Origin: Candidatus Marinacidobacterales bacterium
GTDB lineage: Bacteria > Acidobacteriota > Vicinamibacteria > Marinacidobacterales > DATDRI01
Direction of reading: 5' to 3'
Assembly: GCA_965226495.1 (NCBI GenBank)
Contig: OZ245365.1
Span: 2,048,001-2,112,000 of the forward strand
DNA length: 64,000 nt
The translations under genes were made by a program, and so were the position numbers. The notes under the pieces were generated by a model. It was given only the letters and a program-made list of their open reading frames with translations. It was not told the origin of the DNA and did no database searches. This document shows positions 9,641 to 19,741 of the stretch, piece by piece. Within the stretch, counting starts at the first letter, position 1. Every line of letters begins with the position of its first letter.

Positions 9641-12127
9641 ATGAGTCGAGAGTACGAGTTTCAGGCAATCGAGTCGAAGTGGCAGAAGCGTTGGGCCGAT
9701 ACCCGCGTCTTCGAGGTCAGCGAGGATTCTAGCCGTCCAAAGTTCTACTGCCTGGCCATGTTGCCCTATCCGTCGGGAAGAATTCATATGGGGCATGTGC
9801 GCAATTACTCGATTGTCGACGTCGTCGCGCGATTCAAAAGAATGAGAGGGTTCAACGTCCTCCATCCGATTGGCTGGGATGCGCTAGGGCTTCCGGCGGA
9901 GAATGCTGCCCTGAAGCACGGTACCCACCCCGAGGAGTGGACACTTTCCAACATCGACCACATGAAAACGCAGCTCAAACGCATGGGCTTCTCCTATGCC
10001 TGGGAGAGGGAAATAGCAAGCTGCGATCCAGACTACTATCGTTGGAACCAGTGGTTCTTCATCCAGATGTGGAAGAAGGGGCTGGCGTATCGAAAACAGG
10101 CCACCGTGAACTGGTGTCCAAGCTGCCAAACGGTGCTGGCCAACGAGCAAGTCGAAGGCGGGGGCTGCTGGAGGTGTGGCACCGAAGTGATTCAGCGCGA
10201 TCTCGAGCAGTGGTTTCTCAAGATCACGAGCTACGCGGAAGAACTGCTGTCGGATATGGCGCTGCTGGACAAATGGCCAGAGCGCGTTCTGACGATGCAA
10301 CGCAATTGGATTGGACGCTCGGAAGGCGCGGAGGTCGACTTCGCGGTGGAAGGGGAAGACCCCATTCGCGTCTTCACCACACGCATCGACACCATTTGCG
10401 GCGCGACCTTTCTGCTCTTGGCGCCGGAGCATCCACGGGCAAAGGCCTATGCGGAGCGATCGCCGGAGCTTCAGTCTTTTGTCCGGCAGGCCGTCGCGCG
10501 GGCAAAGGAAACAACAGAGGCGGCCGACCTGGAAAAAAATGGCATGGCCACCGGCCGCTTCGCGGTCAACCCGTTTACGCAGGAGCAGGTCCCCATTTGG
10601 GTCGCCGATTACGTTCTCATGGGCTACGGAACGGGCGCCGTCATGGCGGTGCCCGCTCACGACGATAGAGATTTCGAATTTGCGCGCAAATACGACCTCC
10701 CCATTCCGGTTGTGGTTCAGCCGTCGGGAAGTACGTTGAGCTCGGACTCTCTCGATAAGGCCCACTCCGACTACGGAACCTTGGTGGATTCAGGAATTTT
10801 CAGTGGCCTTCCGTCCGAGGAAGCCATGCCCGCCATGGCGGCGTACGCGGAAGAGCAGGGTTTCGGCAAGAAGACCGTCACCTACCGGCTCAGAGACTGG
10901 GGGATTTCTCGCCAACGGTATTGGGGAACTCCCATTCCGATGATTCACTGCGGTGCATGCGGCGTGGTACCGGTTCCGGAAGCAGATCTGCCGGTGTTGC
11001 TACCGAAGACCATCGACATTACTGGGCAAGGAAAGTCGCCACTCGAGGGGATTCAAGAGTTCGTCAATGTCGATTGTCCAAAATGCGGAGGTCCTGCAAA
11101 ACGCGAAACCGATACGATGGACACGTTCGTGGACTCTTCGTGGTACTTCTACCGTTATACCGATCCACGCAACGATACCGCTCCGTTCAGCAGCGACAAG
11201 CCGGGCTATTGGTTTCCCATCGATCTCTACGTCGGTGGTATCGAGCACGCGATTCTACATCTCATCTATTCCCGCTTTTGGACAAAAGTAATGCGTGATC
11301 TCGACTTGGTAACCAACACCGAGCCGGTGTCCGAACTGCTGTCGCAAGGGATGGTGCTCAAGGACGGTTCGGTCATGTCCAAGTCGAAGGGAAACGTCGT
11401 CGAGCCGGACGAAGTCGTCAGCCGAGTTGGCGCCGATACGTTGAGGCTCTATGTGCTCTTCGAAGCTCCACCCGAGAAGGAGATGGACTGGACCGACCAA
11501 AGGTTGGAGGGGCCGGCACGATTTCTCCAGCGGGTTTGGCGACTCGTGACCGGCGAACTGGAGAACATCGAGTCCGCCGAGGCGATCGATGGTGAAGAAG
11601 CCTGGAACGAAGTCGAGACCGCTTTAAGGCGGAAGACACATCAAACCATCCTACGTGTGACCCGAGACGTTGAAGAGCGGTTCCATTTGAACACTGCGAT
11701 CTCGGCGATCATGGAGCTCACCAACGAGGTCTACAAATATCTCGGGTCGCGCCCCGCGGAAGGAGACCGCTCGGAGGCCAGGAAAGCTCTTCGTGAGGCC
11801 GCTGAGACGATCGTGCTTTTGATCAGCCCCTTCACCCCGCACGCCTCCGAAGAAATGTGGGAGTTGCTCGGGCACCGGGGCGGCCTGCGGAAAGTCGACT
11901 GGCCCTCTTATGACCCATCGATCGCGGTTCAAGAAACCGTTACCCTGGTTCTGCAGGTGAACGGTAAAGTGCGGAGCTGCATCGCCATTCCCGCGGATCT
12001 CGAAGAGGAAGAGCTGAGGCAACTGGCGCTCGACGACGAGAAGGTCCGTTCTCTTACCTTGGGACGTAAAGTGGAGCGTGTGGTCGTTGTCCCGAAGCGG
12101 CTGGTCAACGTTGTGGTGGGGGAGTGA
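9641..12127 (+). CDS. leuS: Leucine--tRNA ligase
   Basis: MLPYPSGRIHMGH (HIGH), editing GYGTGAVMAVP, VMSKSKGN (KMSKS); start placed at ATG 9641. Confidence 0.98.
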   Translation: MSREYEFQAIESKWQKRWADTRVFEVSEDSSRPKFYCLAMLPYPSGRIHMGHVRNYSIVDVVARFKRMRGFNVLHPIGWDALGLPAENAALKHGTHPEEWTLSNIDHMKTQLKRMGFSYAWEREIASCDPDYYRWNQWFFIQMWKKGLAYRKQATVNWCPSCQTVLANEQVEGGGCWRCGTEVIQRDLEQWFLKITSYAEELLSDMALLDKWPERVLTMQRNWIGRSEGAEVDFAVEGEDPIRVFTTRIDTICGATFLLLAPEHPRAKAYAERSPELQSFVRQAVARAKETTEAADLEKNGMATGRFAVNPFTQEQVPIWVADYVLMGYGTGAVMAVPAHDDRDFEFARKYDLPIPVVVQPSGSTLSSDSLDKAHSDYGTLVDSGIFSGLPSEEAMPAMAAYAEEQGFGKKTVTYRLRDWGISRQRYWGTPIPMIHCGACGVVPVPEADLPVLLPKTIDITGQGKSPLEGIQEFVNVDCPKCGGPAKRETDTMDTFVDSSWYFYRYTDPRNDTAPFSSDKPGYWFPIDLYVGGIEHAILHLIYSRFWTKVMRDLDLVTNTEPVSELLSQGMVLKDGSVMSKSKGNVVEPDEVVSRVGADTLRLYVLFEAPPEKEMDWTDQRLEGPARFLQRVWRLVTGELENIESAEAIDGEEAWNEVETALRRKTHQTILRVTRDVEERFHLNTAISAIMELTNEVYKYLGSRPAEGDRSEARKALREAAETIVLLISPFTPHASEEMWELLGHRGGLRKVDWPSYDPSIAVQETVTLVLQVNGKVRSCIAIPADLEEEELRQLALDDEKVRSLTLGRKVERVVVVPKRLVNVVVGE

Positions 12128-12666
12128 TACGAACCGTGAGGATGAAGTTGGTCACGGTTGGACTGCTGTTTCTCTCCTCCGCCTGCGGCTATAGCTTGGC
12201 GGGGCGGGGCTCCTTTCTGCCCGAACACATTAAGACGATAGGTATCCCGACGTTCATCAACGCATCTACTCAACCCGGCGTCGCGGAGATATTTACCGAG
12301 AAAGTCATCGAGGAGTTCGCGTCGCGAGGGAAGTACGTTATCCAGCCCGAAGAGGCCGGGGCCGATGCGGTACTGGCTGGCACCGTCCTGTCCTTCACCG
12401 TGGCTCCACAGACGCTCCGTGGGGGCGTTAACGAGGTCACGGCCAACGAAGCCACGCGCTACTCGCTCGTCATCCAAGCCAAGGTCGAGTTCAAAGATCT
12501 TCTGGACGAGTCCATGATTTGGGAGGATGAGAATTTCCGCATGCGGGAGGCCTGGGAGATCGGTGAAGAGTCTGATGACTTTTTCGATCAGTCGGGGCTG
12601 GCGATCGAGCGCGTGGCGGAGGAGTTCGCGAAGACGCTGGTGAGCCGCATCCTCGAGGCCTTCTAG
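12124..12666 (+). CDS. lptE: LPS assembly lipoprotein LptE family
   Basis: Lipobox SSACGY; conserved leuS-lptE-holA order. Confidence 0.85.
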   Translation: MIRTVRMKLVTVGLLFLSSACGYSLAGRGSFLPEHIKTIGIPTFINASTQPGVAEIFTEKVIEEFASRGKYVIQPEEAGADAVLAGTVLSFTVAPQTLRGGVNEVTANEATRYSLVIQAKVEFKDLLDESMIWEDENFRMREAWEIGEESDDFFDQSGLAIERVAEEFAKTLVSRILEAF

Positions 12667-12668
12667 GT

Positions 12669-13736
12669 TTGAAGCTCGCCTACTCGCAGCTAGACAAGCA
12701 TTTAGCCTCTGGGAAGTTGGCCGCGGCATACGTGTTGCGCGGGGATCAAGACCTGCTCCGCGAGTTGGCGCTCGGCGAAATCCGGAAGGCCGCTCTCGGC
12801 GACACTTCGGACGAGTTCGACTTCAATCTCGAGCGATTCGACGGCGAAAAGACGACCGCCGAGTCGTTGGTGATGGCGGCGAATACGCTCCCGCTTCTAG
12901 GACTCGCCGGAGGGGGCGGACAACACCGCGTTCTCATCGTCAAGAGGGCCAAGCGTCTCGTAGAGGGAGCGCAGGCGGAGGCACTAGTCGGCTATTTGAA
13001 GGATCCGTCACCGCAGACGGTTCTGGTGATGGAGCTCGAGAGCTCCCCCGATGGTCGACGAAAGGCGTGGAAGGAGATCGAAAAACAAGTCACGGTCGTG
13101 CAGTGTGACCCACCGAAGGAATGGGAAATAGAGGAATGGGTTGCCGGGCAGGCGCGAATTCGAAAACTCCCCTTGGACGCCGAAGCGGCTCGATACCTAG
13201 CCAGCGAGTTCGGCTCGGACCTGCGACGCCAGCTCGGTGAGCTCGAGAAGATATCGCTCTACGCAGGTGCTGAGAAACTGGACGGGCAAGAGCTCGCGTC
13301 TCTACTGGGGCGCGGAAAGGCACAGAGCATCTTTAAATTCACCGACGCCGTCGCGTCTCGCCAAGCCGCGGTGGCCCTCAAGCAGTTGGGGCGGTTGTTG
13401 GACGAGGGTGAGCCCGCTCTGCGGATTCTGGCGCTGCTCGATCGGGTGCTGGGCCAGCTACTAGTAGCTAAGGAGTTCGGAGCGGGGAGGGGAAGGAGCG
13501 GCCAACTGATGAAAGTCTTGAGGGTACCACCCAGGGCTGCGGATAACATCGCTCTCTGGTCGGACCGATACCAAGAGCAGGATCTGTTGGACGCTATCGA
13601 AGGTCTGGCACGTTGTGATCGCCAGCTGAAGAGCAGCGGAACGCCGGCGCGATTGATACTCGAGGGTTTCGTCCTCTCGGTCTGCGGGACGGGCAATCGA
13701 AGAGGGCTTCCTTCCGTTATTCCCTCTCGCCTGTAG
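12669..13736 (+). CDS. holA: DNA polymerase III delta subunit
   Basis: FNLERFDG, YLKDPSPQTVLV, ELEKISLY, IFKFTDAV; synteny. Confidence 0.9.
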   Translation: MKLAYSQLDKHLASGKLAAAYVLRGDQDLLRELALGEIRKAALGDTSDEFDFNLERFDGEKTTAESLVMAANTLPLLGLAGGGGQHRVLIVKRAKRLVEGAQAEALVGYLKDPSPQTVLVMELESSPDGRRKAWKEIEKQVTVVQCDPPKEWEIEEWVAGQARIRKLPLDAEAARYLASEFGSDLRRQLGELEKISLYAGAEKLDGQELASLLGRGKAQSIFKFTDAVASRQAAVALKQLGRLLDEGEPALRILALLDRVLGQLLVAKEFGAGRGRSGQLMKVLRVPPRAADNIALWSDRYQEQDLLDAIEGLARCDRQLKSSGTPARLILEGFVLSVCGTGNRRGLPSVIPSRL

Positions 13737-13812
13737 CGAAGACTGCAGGCGTCAAGGAATGTCGTGCCGCTATCGATGGAGTCAGACGCCGGGTGAGGGC
13801 CGACGGCGAAAC

Positions 13813-14079
13813 TCAGCTCCCGGATGTAGCGCCGAGCTTGGCGAGCCGTGACTTGTAGCGAGAACCGGTGTTGTCGTGGATGACACCCTTCTTGACCATC
13901 CGATCGATCAGGGACGTCGTACTTGGGAGAAGCTCACGGGCCTTATCCGTATCCTCGCTAGCGATTGCCTGGCGGAGCTGCTTGATATCGCTACGCAACC
14001 GAGAACGATCGGAACGATTGCGGAGCCGGTGTTTCTCGTTTTGACGGATGCGTTTCTCCGCCGAACGACTATGAGCCAA
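13813..14079 (-). CDS. rpsT: 30S ribosomal protein S20
   Basis: MAHSRSAEKRIRQ...KKGVIHDNTGSRYKSRL. Confidence 0.97.
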   Translation of the reverse strand: MAHSRSAEKRIRQNEKHRLRNRSDRSRLRSDIKQLRQAIASEDTDKARELLPSTTSLIDRMVKKGVIHDNTGSRYKSRLAKLGATSGS

Positions 14080-14143
14080 TGACTACCTCCTTGGTTGGTT
14101 TCACTTCGGCGCCGGGGCCCTGGTGGCCTGGCACAACCAATAT

Positions 14144-14774
14144 ATGCTAGCACAAAAGAAGCAATTCCCGAAATGGGCCTGTCTTTTAGCCATCTTGGCA
14201 GCCATTTTCGCAGCAGCTTCGGTCCTCCCCGCGGGGCGAGCGGCCCCTGCGATCGGAGCCGCGGCGCCCAGGGTCATCGTCCTTGGGTTCGACGGGGCCG
14301 ATCCCGGCCTGGCGATCCGCTTCATGGAGGAAGGTCATCTGCCGAACCTCCAGAGACTCAGCCGGCAGGGGCAGTTTGCGCCCCTAGCCACCACCCGCCC
14401 CTCCGAGTCACCGGTCTCCTGGTCGTCCTTCGCGACCGGAATGAACCCCGGAAAAACAGGTATTTTCGACTTCCTCGCGCGGGTGCCGGCCCTATGTAGA
14501 CGATGCGTACGATATCGTTGTCGGGTTCAAGCCGGGGTATCGGGTGTCCTGGGAGACGACCTTGGGTGGTATTCCCCATGAGGTCATCACGAACAACCGC
14601 AACAACTGGAGCGGGGATCATTGTTCTTCCGACGCAAATATCACGGCGGGAGTTTTGTTTAGTAACCGCACGCTGAAACGAGAGAGTGCGCGCACTATCG
14701 ACATCGCGCCCACGGTTTTGGATCTCTTTGGCATTCTAGTGCCGGACGATATGGACGGCGAACCGTTGTTCTAG
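14144..14774 (+). pseudogene. Alkaline-phosphatase-superfamily (type I phosphodiesterase/nucleotide pyrophosphatase) gene with large internal deletion and frameshift
   Basis: N-terminal VIVLGFDGAD...SPVSWSSFATGMNPGKTGIFDF joined out of frame at ~14488 to C-terminal PYVDDAYDIVVGFKPGYRVSW...WSGDH...DIAPTVL...MDGEPL. Confidence 0.75.
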
Positions 14775-14782
14775 TTGTTGAA

Positions 14783-15421
14783 GTGACTAGTTACGCGCTC
14801 GTTTTTCGGAGGCTCGAGAAGGTCGGACTTCTTCTGCTTACGGATGTTGATTTGCCGAGCGTGGCCGGGCTGGTCGCCGGCGAGCCAGTTCGAGGCTCCT
14901 GGTGGGGACACGCGCGGGCGCAGGAGATCTTTAACGTGAGTGAGAAACTTGCCGAACATGTTGACGTAACCAGCGTCAAGTTCGTGAAGAACAAAGTGAC
15001 GTTCGTCCATCGTCGGCTCTGGCCCGCGCTCGTTGCGGTTGGTACTTCGCGCGCCTCTTGGCAGCTGGAACAGCTGTCTGGGGCTGCGCTCTCCTTTCTC
15101 GATCGGGTGGAGCGGGCTGGGCCGGTTCGGAGCGACGATGTAAAGGTTGCAGAGGCAGTTCGTGGTGGTTCGCGGAAGGTAAGTGAACTTATCCGCGATC
15201 TCGAGAAGCGACTCTTGTTACACAGCGAGCCGGTTCACACCGAGTCGGGCGCGCATGCCAAGTCTCTGGAGAGTTGGGGGCAGTGGGCTGCTAGGGTTAA
15301 CCTGGGCGGCACGACGACGAGCGCGAAGGAAGGCAAACGGGTATTGCAGAACGCGACTCGCGCGCTATGCGGCGGTTCCAGTGTGGCTCCAGGACTCCCA
15401 TGGATTTCGGAAGATGATTGA
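14783..15421 (+). CDS. Hypothetical protein, possibly AlkZ-related winged-helix family
   Basis: GSWWGH and KFVKNKVTFVHRRLWP motifs; family assignment tentative. Confidence 0.5.
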   Translation: MTSYALVFRRLEKVGLLLLTDVDLPSVAGLVAGEPVRGSWWGHARAQEIFNVSEKLAEHVDVTSVKFVKNKVTFVHRRLWPALVAVGTSRASWQLEQLSGAALSFLDRVERAGPVRSDDVKVAEAVRGGSRKVSELIRDLEKRLLLHSEPVHTESGAHAKSLESWGQWAARVNLGGTTTSAKEGKRVLQNATRALCGGSSVAPGLPWISEDD

Positions 15422-16760
15422 AAGGTTAAGTCGCTTTTTCGGCGTTTCGGCGGCCGGTAGCTCGGTCCGAACCGAAATCCTAGCCGGTGTCAGCACCTAC
15501 ATGGCGCTGTCCTACATCGTCTTGGTCAATCCCGCCGTGCTCGCCGGTGCGGGAATGGACGCGGGGGCGGTGATGATGGCGACCTGCCTGGCCTCGGCAC
15601 TCGCAACGGCCTGGATGGCATTTCATGCCAACTATCCCATCGCCTTGGCACCGGGAATGGGGCACAACTTCTTCTTCGCCATCACGGTCTGCGGTCCCAT
15701 TGCGGCGGGCGGTCTCGGCTACAGTTGGCAGGTGGCTCTGGCCGCGGTGTTCGTATCAGGAAGCATCTTCCTCGTGGGCTCGTTCTGGGGGCTGCGGGCC
15801 CGCATCATCACCCTCGTGCCAGCGCACATGAAGACCAGCATTGCCGTTGGGATCGGGCTGCTCATTGCGGTCGTGGGTTTGCGATGGGGCGGCCTGTTGG
15901 TTGCTCGTCCGGGCATCTACATCGGTCTAGGGGAGCTCGGAGAGTCACCCGTCCTTTTGACTCTGTTCGGCCTGACGGTCATGTCGGTGTTGACCGCCGC
16001 CCGGGTTCCCGCCGCATTGGTCGTTGGGATTCTCGTGACCACGCTACTCGCGGCCTTGACCGGTTTGGCCAAGCTCCACGGAGTTGTGGCATGGCCGCCT
16101 TCGATCGCTCCGACTCTGTTCGCTCTCGATTTTAGGGGCCTCCTGCGCGAAGCAGATTTTGTTTCCGTCGTTTTCGTCTTTCTCTTCGTGGATATCTTCG
16201 ACACCGTCGGCACCTTGATCGGGGTGGGGCAAAGAGCCGGGCTCATCGTGAACGGTGAACTTCCTCGCGCCCGCCAGGCACTGACTGCAGACGCGGTGGG
16301 GACTGTCGCGGGATCGGTTTTGGGGACCTCGACGGTAACGAGCTATGTCGAGAGCGCGGCGGGAGTGGCCGCAGGAGGGAAGACGGGCTTCGCGGCACTG
16401 GTGACGGCGGTGCTCCTGGCGGGTTCGATTTTCTTCCATCCTCTCGTCGAGGTAGTCGGGGTGGGATTCGACGTTGGTGGGGGAGTCGTGCTCTACCCAA
16501 TTCTCGCGCCGGCGCTCATTCTGATCGGAGTCTTCATGATGCATGGGATCGGTGATATCGCTTGGAACGATCCCCGGCAGGCTATCCCCGCGTTTCTCAC
16601 CATAGTCATGATGCCTCTCACTACGAATATCACCGAGGGCATCTCGTTCGGGTTCATCTCTACTTCGGTGCTCTATTTGGCGAGTGGTAAGCGGAAGTCG
16701 CTACATTGGGGAGTGCATGTCATTGCCGCCTGCTTCCTGTTAAGGTATTTGCTGCTATGA
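15414..16760 (+). CDS. NCS2/AzgA-type purine (guanine/hypoxanthine) permease
   Basis: RTEILAG, ALAPGMG, DIFDTVGT, GTSTVTSYVESAAG; start ATG 15414. Confidence 0.92.
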   Translation: MIERLSRFFGVSAAGSSVRTEILAGVSTYMALSYIVLVNPAVLAGAGMDAGAVMMATCLASALATAWMAFHANYPIALAPGMGHNFFFAITVCGPIAAGGLGYSWQVALAAVFVSGSIFLVGSFWGLRARIITLVPAHMKTSIAVGIGLLIAVVGLRWGGLLVARPGIYIGLGELGESPVLLTLFGLTVMSVLTAARVPAALVVGILVTTLLAALTGLAKLHGVVAWPPSIAPTLFALDFRGLLREADFVSVVFVFLFVDIFDTVGTLIGVGQRAGLIVNGELPRARQALTADAVGTVAGSVLGTSTVTSYVESAAGVAAGGKTGFAALVTAVLLAGSIFFHPLVEVVGVGFDVGGGVVLYPILAPALILIGVFMMHGIGDIAWNDPRQAIPAFLTIVMMPLTTNITEGISFGFISTSVLYLASGKRKSLHWGVHVIAACFLLRYLLL

Positions 16761-17800
16761 AGGCCAGGAAGAAACCGCGCTATTCAACCGGTCAGCCCGA
16801 GCTAGATGCAAAGCTCGAGGAGCTGGTGAGTTCCACGTGTCCCGGCCGCGAAAAGGAGTACGTCCTACAGATCGCCACCAGCGCCTTGAAGCTTGGCCTC
16901 GAGAAGGCCAAGCGCGGTGATCTCAAGATCGCGAATGCGGCGCTGAAGGAAATGCGCTCCGCATTCAAGATGTTCACGCCGTATCGACGGGTCCACAAGG
17001 TCACGGTGTTCGGCTCTGCCCGCACCGAGCCCGGTCAGCCGGACTACGAGCGCGCCGAAGAGCTCGGCCGTCGCATGGCGGAGGCGGGATGGATGGTCGT
17101 GACCGGCGCGGGCAGCGGCATCATGGGAGCGGCACACCGTGGAGCGGGGCGCGACATGAGTATCGGGGTCAACATCCGACTGCCCTTCGAACAGCAAGCC
17201 AACCGGACCATCCGTGGCGATCGAAAACTCCTCTCGTTCCGATACTTTTTCACCCGTAAACTCTTTCTGTTGAAGGAGTCCTCTGCGGTGGCATTATTTC
17301 CAGGGGGCTTCGGCACCCTCGACGAAACGTTCGAGGTTCTAACCCTATTGCAGACCGGCAAGCAAAGCCCCCTTCCGGTAGTCATGGTAGAAAGTCCGGA
17401 AACGGGTTACTTCCGCGCGCTAGAGCGTTTTATCGAGGAGCGAATGGTGTCGGGCGGACTCGTCTCCGAGGAGGACAGATCATTATTCAAGGTGGTGCCG
17501 AATCCGAAGGCGGCCTGCGAAGAGACTCTCCGCTTCTATCGTCTCTACCATTCGTCTCGCTACGTGGGAGGGAGACTGCTGATTCGGCTGCAGCGTGAGC
17601 TCAGCGGCAAGGAGCTCGACGATTTGAATCATTCCTTTGCTGACATTCTAAACTCGGGCGATATCGAAGTGGCTCCAATCTCGTCCGAAGAAGAGAAGGA
17701 CCCTCAGCTTGGGAAGCTCTCCCGTATTCAGCTCGACTTCAACCGCAGAAACTTCGGAAGGCTCCGCCAGCTCATCGATATGATTAACGGGTTTGATTAG
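16757..17800 (+). CDS. LOG-family nucleotide 5'-monophosphate phosphoribohydrolase (long type)
   Basis: VFGSART, FRYFFTRK, PGGFGTLDE motifs. Confidence 0.9.
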   Translation: MKARKKPRYSTGQPELDAKLEELVSSTCPGREKEYVLQIATSALKLGLEKAKRGDLKIANAALKEMRSAFKMFTPYRRVHKVTVFGSARTEPGQPDYERAEELGRRMAEAGWMVVTGAGSGIMGAAHRGAGRDMSIGVNIRLPFEQQANRTIRGDRKLLSFRYFFTRKLFLLKESSAVALFPGGFGTLDETFEVLTLLQTGKQSPLPVVMVESPETGYFRALERFIEERMVSGGLVSEEDRSLFKVVPNPKAACEETLRFYRLYHSSRYVGGRLLIRLQRELSGKELDDLNHSFADILNSGDIEVAPISSEEEKDPQLGKLSRIQLDFNRRNFGRLRQLIDMINGFD

Positions 17801-17805
17801 ATGGT

Positions 17806-17880
17806 TGGCTTCCTTCCTTTAATCCCTCTCCCTCTGGGAGAGGGCCTGGGTGAGGGTGAACGCTGGCTTCCTTCCTTTAA
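17806..17880. repeat. Short palindromic element (CCCTCTCCC...GGGAGAGGG...GGTGAGGG) flanked by 17-bp direct repeats
   Basis: tggcttccttcctttaa at 17806-17822 and 17864-17880 around ccctctccctctgggagagggcctgggtgaggg. Confidence 0.75.
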
Positions 17881-19724
17881 CGCGGAAACATCACCGTAAA
17901 ATCAGCATCCCGCTCCGCGACCTGTTCGGTGTTTTCGTCGGTGACGCGAGCGCGGAGAGAGTAGCTTCCCGGTGGAAGCGCCTTGAGCGACACGTCACTC
18001 TTCAGCGCAACGCCCGAGACCCTGGATGGCCGGTGATAGGAAGGGGCTACTTTCGAGAAGAGTCTCCCGTCCTTGAGAATGAAGAAGTCGACCCGCAGTC
18101 TCGCCTGATTGGTTATCGGGCCCACCGAGTAGCCGAGGGCTTGAACGTAGGCGGTCAGGCTCGAGGTCCGCTCGAAGCGGTGCAGGACGTTGGGTATCAA
18201 GCGCAAGTTCCCGAATTGGAAGGGAGGGCGCGGGGCTCCGGCGGGGAGTGGATCGGTTTCTACCGCAGCGCTTGCCAAAAGGAGGCTCGAGAGCGTGAGC
18301 CCCTCTCCGGTGAAGACCGGGACTTCTATCGTGGTCGAGGACCGACCCACTGCACCGCTGGGGTTGTCCCGAACCAGGGATTCTATCTGATAGGTACCGG
18401 GAGCCAGATTTAGGGATGCTTCGTAAAGCATCTGGCTGGATCGGTAGGCATCCAAGTCATTGGCTGGAAATTGGATTTCGATGCGGTCCTCGATCGGAGG
18501 TTGTTCGGTACCCGACTCGTCCCTCACCTGAACCAAGATGTCCGCTTCATAGCCATAGCCGGTCCCGTCCTCCGTCGGTCGAGGAGTCAGTCGCGCGTAA
18601 GGCATGGAGACCGTGATGGGCACCCAGGCCGAGCCTGTCTGCGAGGGGAAGAAAGCGGCGGTAGTGGTGAGCGGCACCGACGGAAAGTCGGCACGAGCCT
18701 CGGTGACCTCCCGGAGTGAAGGCAGGTTGAGCTCGGGCACTTTCGCCACTTCGAGGAGGTTCCGCTGGAAATCGAATTGATCCATGGACATCTGGTCGCC
18801 GAAGTATTGGTTCTGAGCGCCACTTATTGGATCCATGAGCGTACCGCCGTCGCGCATGAATCCGAGCGCGTCGAGCTCGCTCATGGCCCAAGCCTGGTTG
18901 GTGCGCAACGGCGCCAAAGCATCGATGTTGTCGGCGGAGACGATCTCGAATCGCCCCGTCGAGGTGAAATCGACGAAACCGATGTCGAAGGAGGCCGGCA
19001 GCCGAGGGTTCGGCGCGTTGTTGTAGGTCCATACCTCGGACGGCCGCTCAAAGGCGTTGCGCCCTGCCGGGGCCCTGTCGATCGTACTGGGCGCGCCGAG
19101 AATGATGTAGATCTTGCCGCGGTCGGTCGCCCAGCCGGGAATTCCAGCGCCGAAGTGTTGGACGGAGTGCGCGAACCGCCGCTGATGTTCCTGCCGGGGC
19201 TCGTTCTCGGGAGTCTCAGGTGTGGTATCGCGCCGGCGCCAGAAAGACTCCATAAACGCTAGCCTGTCGGAGGGTGTCTCCAAAGACTCGAAGCGCTCTC
19301 TCTCCTCTCGGGACACGATCCACTTGACGTACTGATTCACCCAACGATCGAAAAGCTTGTCCAGCTCTTCCACGTCCGGATAGGTGACGAAACTGAACGT
19401 ATCGCCAACCGCGAAGTCGTCGTTCCCGCTATTGATCCGGAAGGATACGCCGCTCTCGACCTCCTGGTAGAGGTTGCCCACGACCGTGGTGGGCGGAACC
19501 CCGTCTTCGCCGGAACGCTTCACGGAAAAGGAGATTGCGTCGGAGTCGGCGCTCACACACTGAACGGTATAGAATTCGAGCGGCACGTTCTCCGGAACGT
19601 CCACAATAGTGAGGGTTCCGTCTCCCAGGCCCTGCAATACGGGTCGGGTCGCGCGCTCAGTGACCTCGGGTCTGGCGGCCACCAATGCGAGTACGAGTAG
19701 CAAAGAGCTCATGACAGGGCCCAT
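17877..19724 (-). CDS. GWxTD domain-containing exported protein
   Basis: FWRRRD...GWATDRGKIYIILGAP motif; signal peptide; C-terminal Ig-like domains. Confidence 0.9.
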   Translation of the reverse strand: MGPVMSSLLLVLALVAARPEVTERATRPVLQGLGDGTLTIVDVPENVPLEFYTVQCVSADSDAISFSVKRSGEDGVPPTTVVGNLYQEVESGVSFRINSGNDDFAVGDTFSFVTYPDVEELDKLFDRWVNQYVKWIVSREERERFESLETPSDRLAFMESFWRRRDTTPETPENEPRQEHQRRFAHSVQHFGAGIPGWATDRGKIYIILGAPSTIDRAPAGRNAFERPSEVWTYNNAPNPRLPASFDIGFVDFTSTGRFEIVSADNIDALAPLRTNQAWAMSELDALGFMRDGGTLMDPISGAQNQYFGDQMSMDQFDFQRNLLEVAKVPELNLPSLREVTEARADFPSVPLTTTAAFFPSQTGSAWVPITVSMPYARLTPRPTEDGTGYGYEADILVQVRDESGTEQPPIEDRIEIQFPANDLDAYRSSQMLYEASLNLAPGTYQIESLVRDNPSGAVGRSSTTIEVPVFTGEGLTLSSLLLASAAVETDPLPAGAPRPPFQFGNLRLIPNVLHRFERTSSLTAYVQALGYSVGPITNQARLRVDFFILKDGRLFSKVAPSYHRPSRVSGVALKSDVSLKALPPGSYSLRARVTDENTEQVAERDADFTVMFPR

Positions 19725-19741
19725 AACGAGGGAATTTTAGC

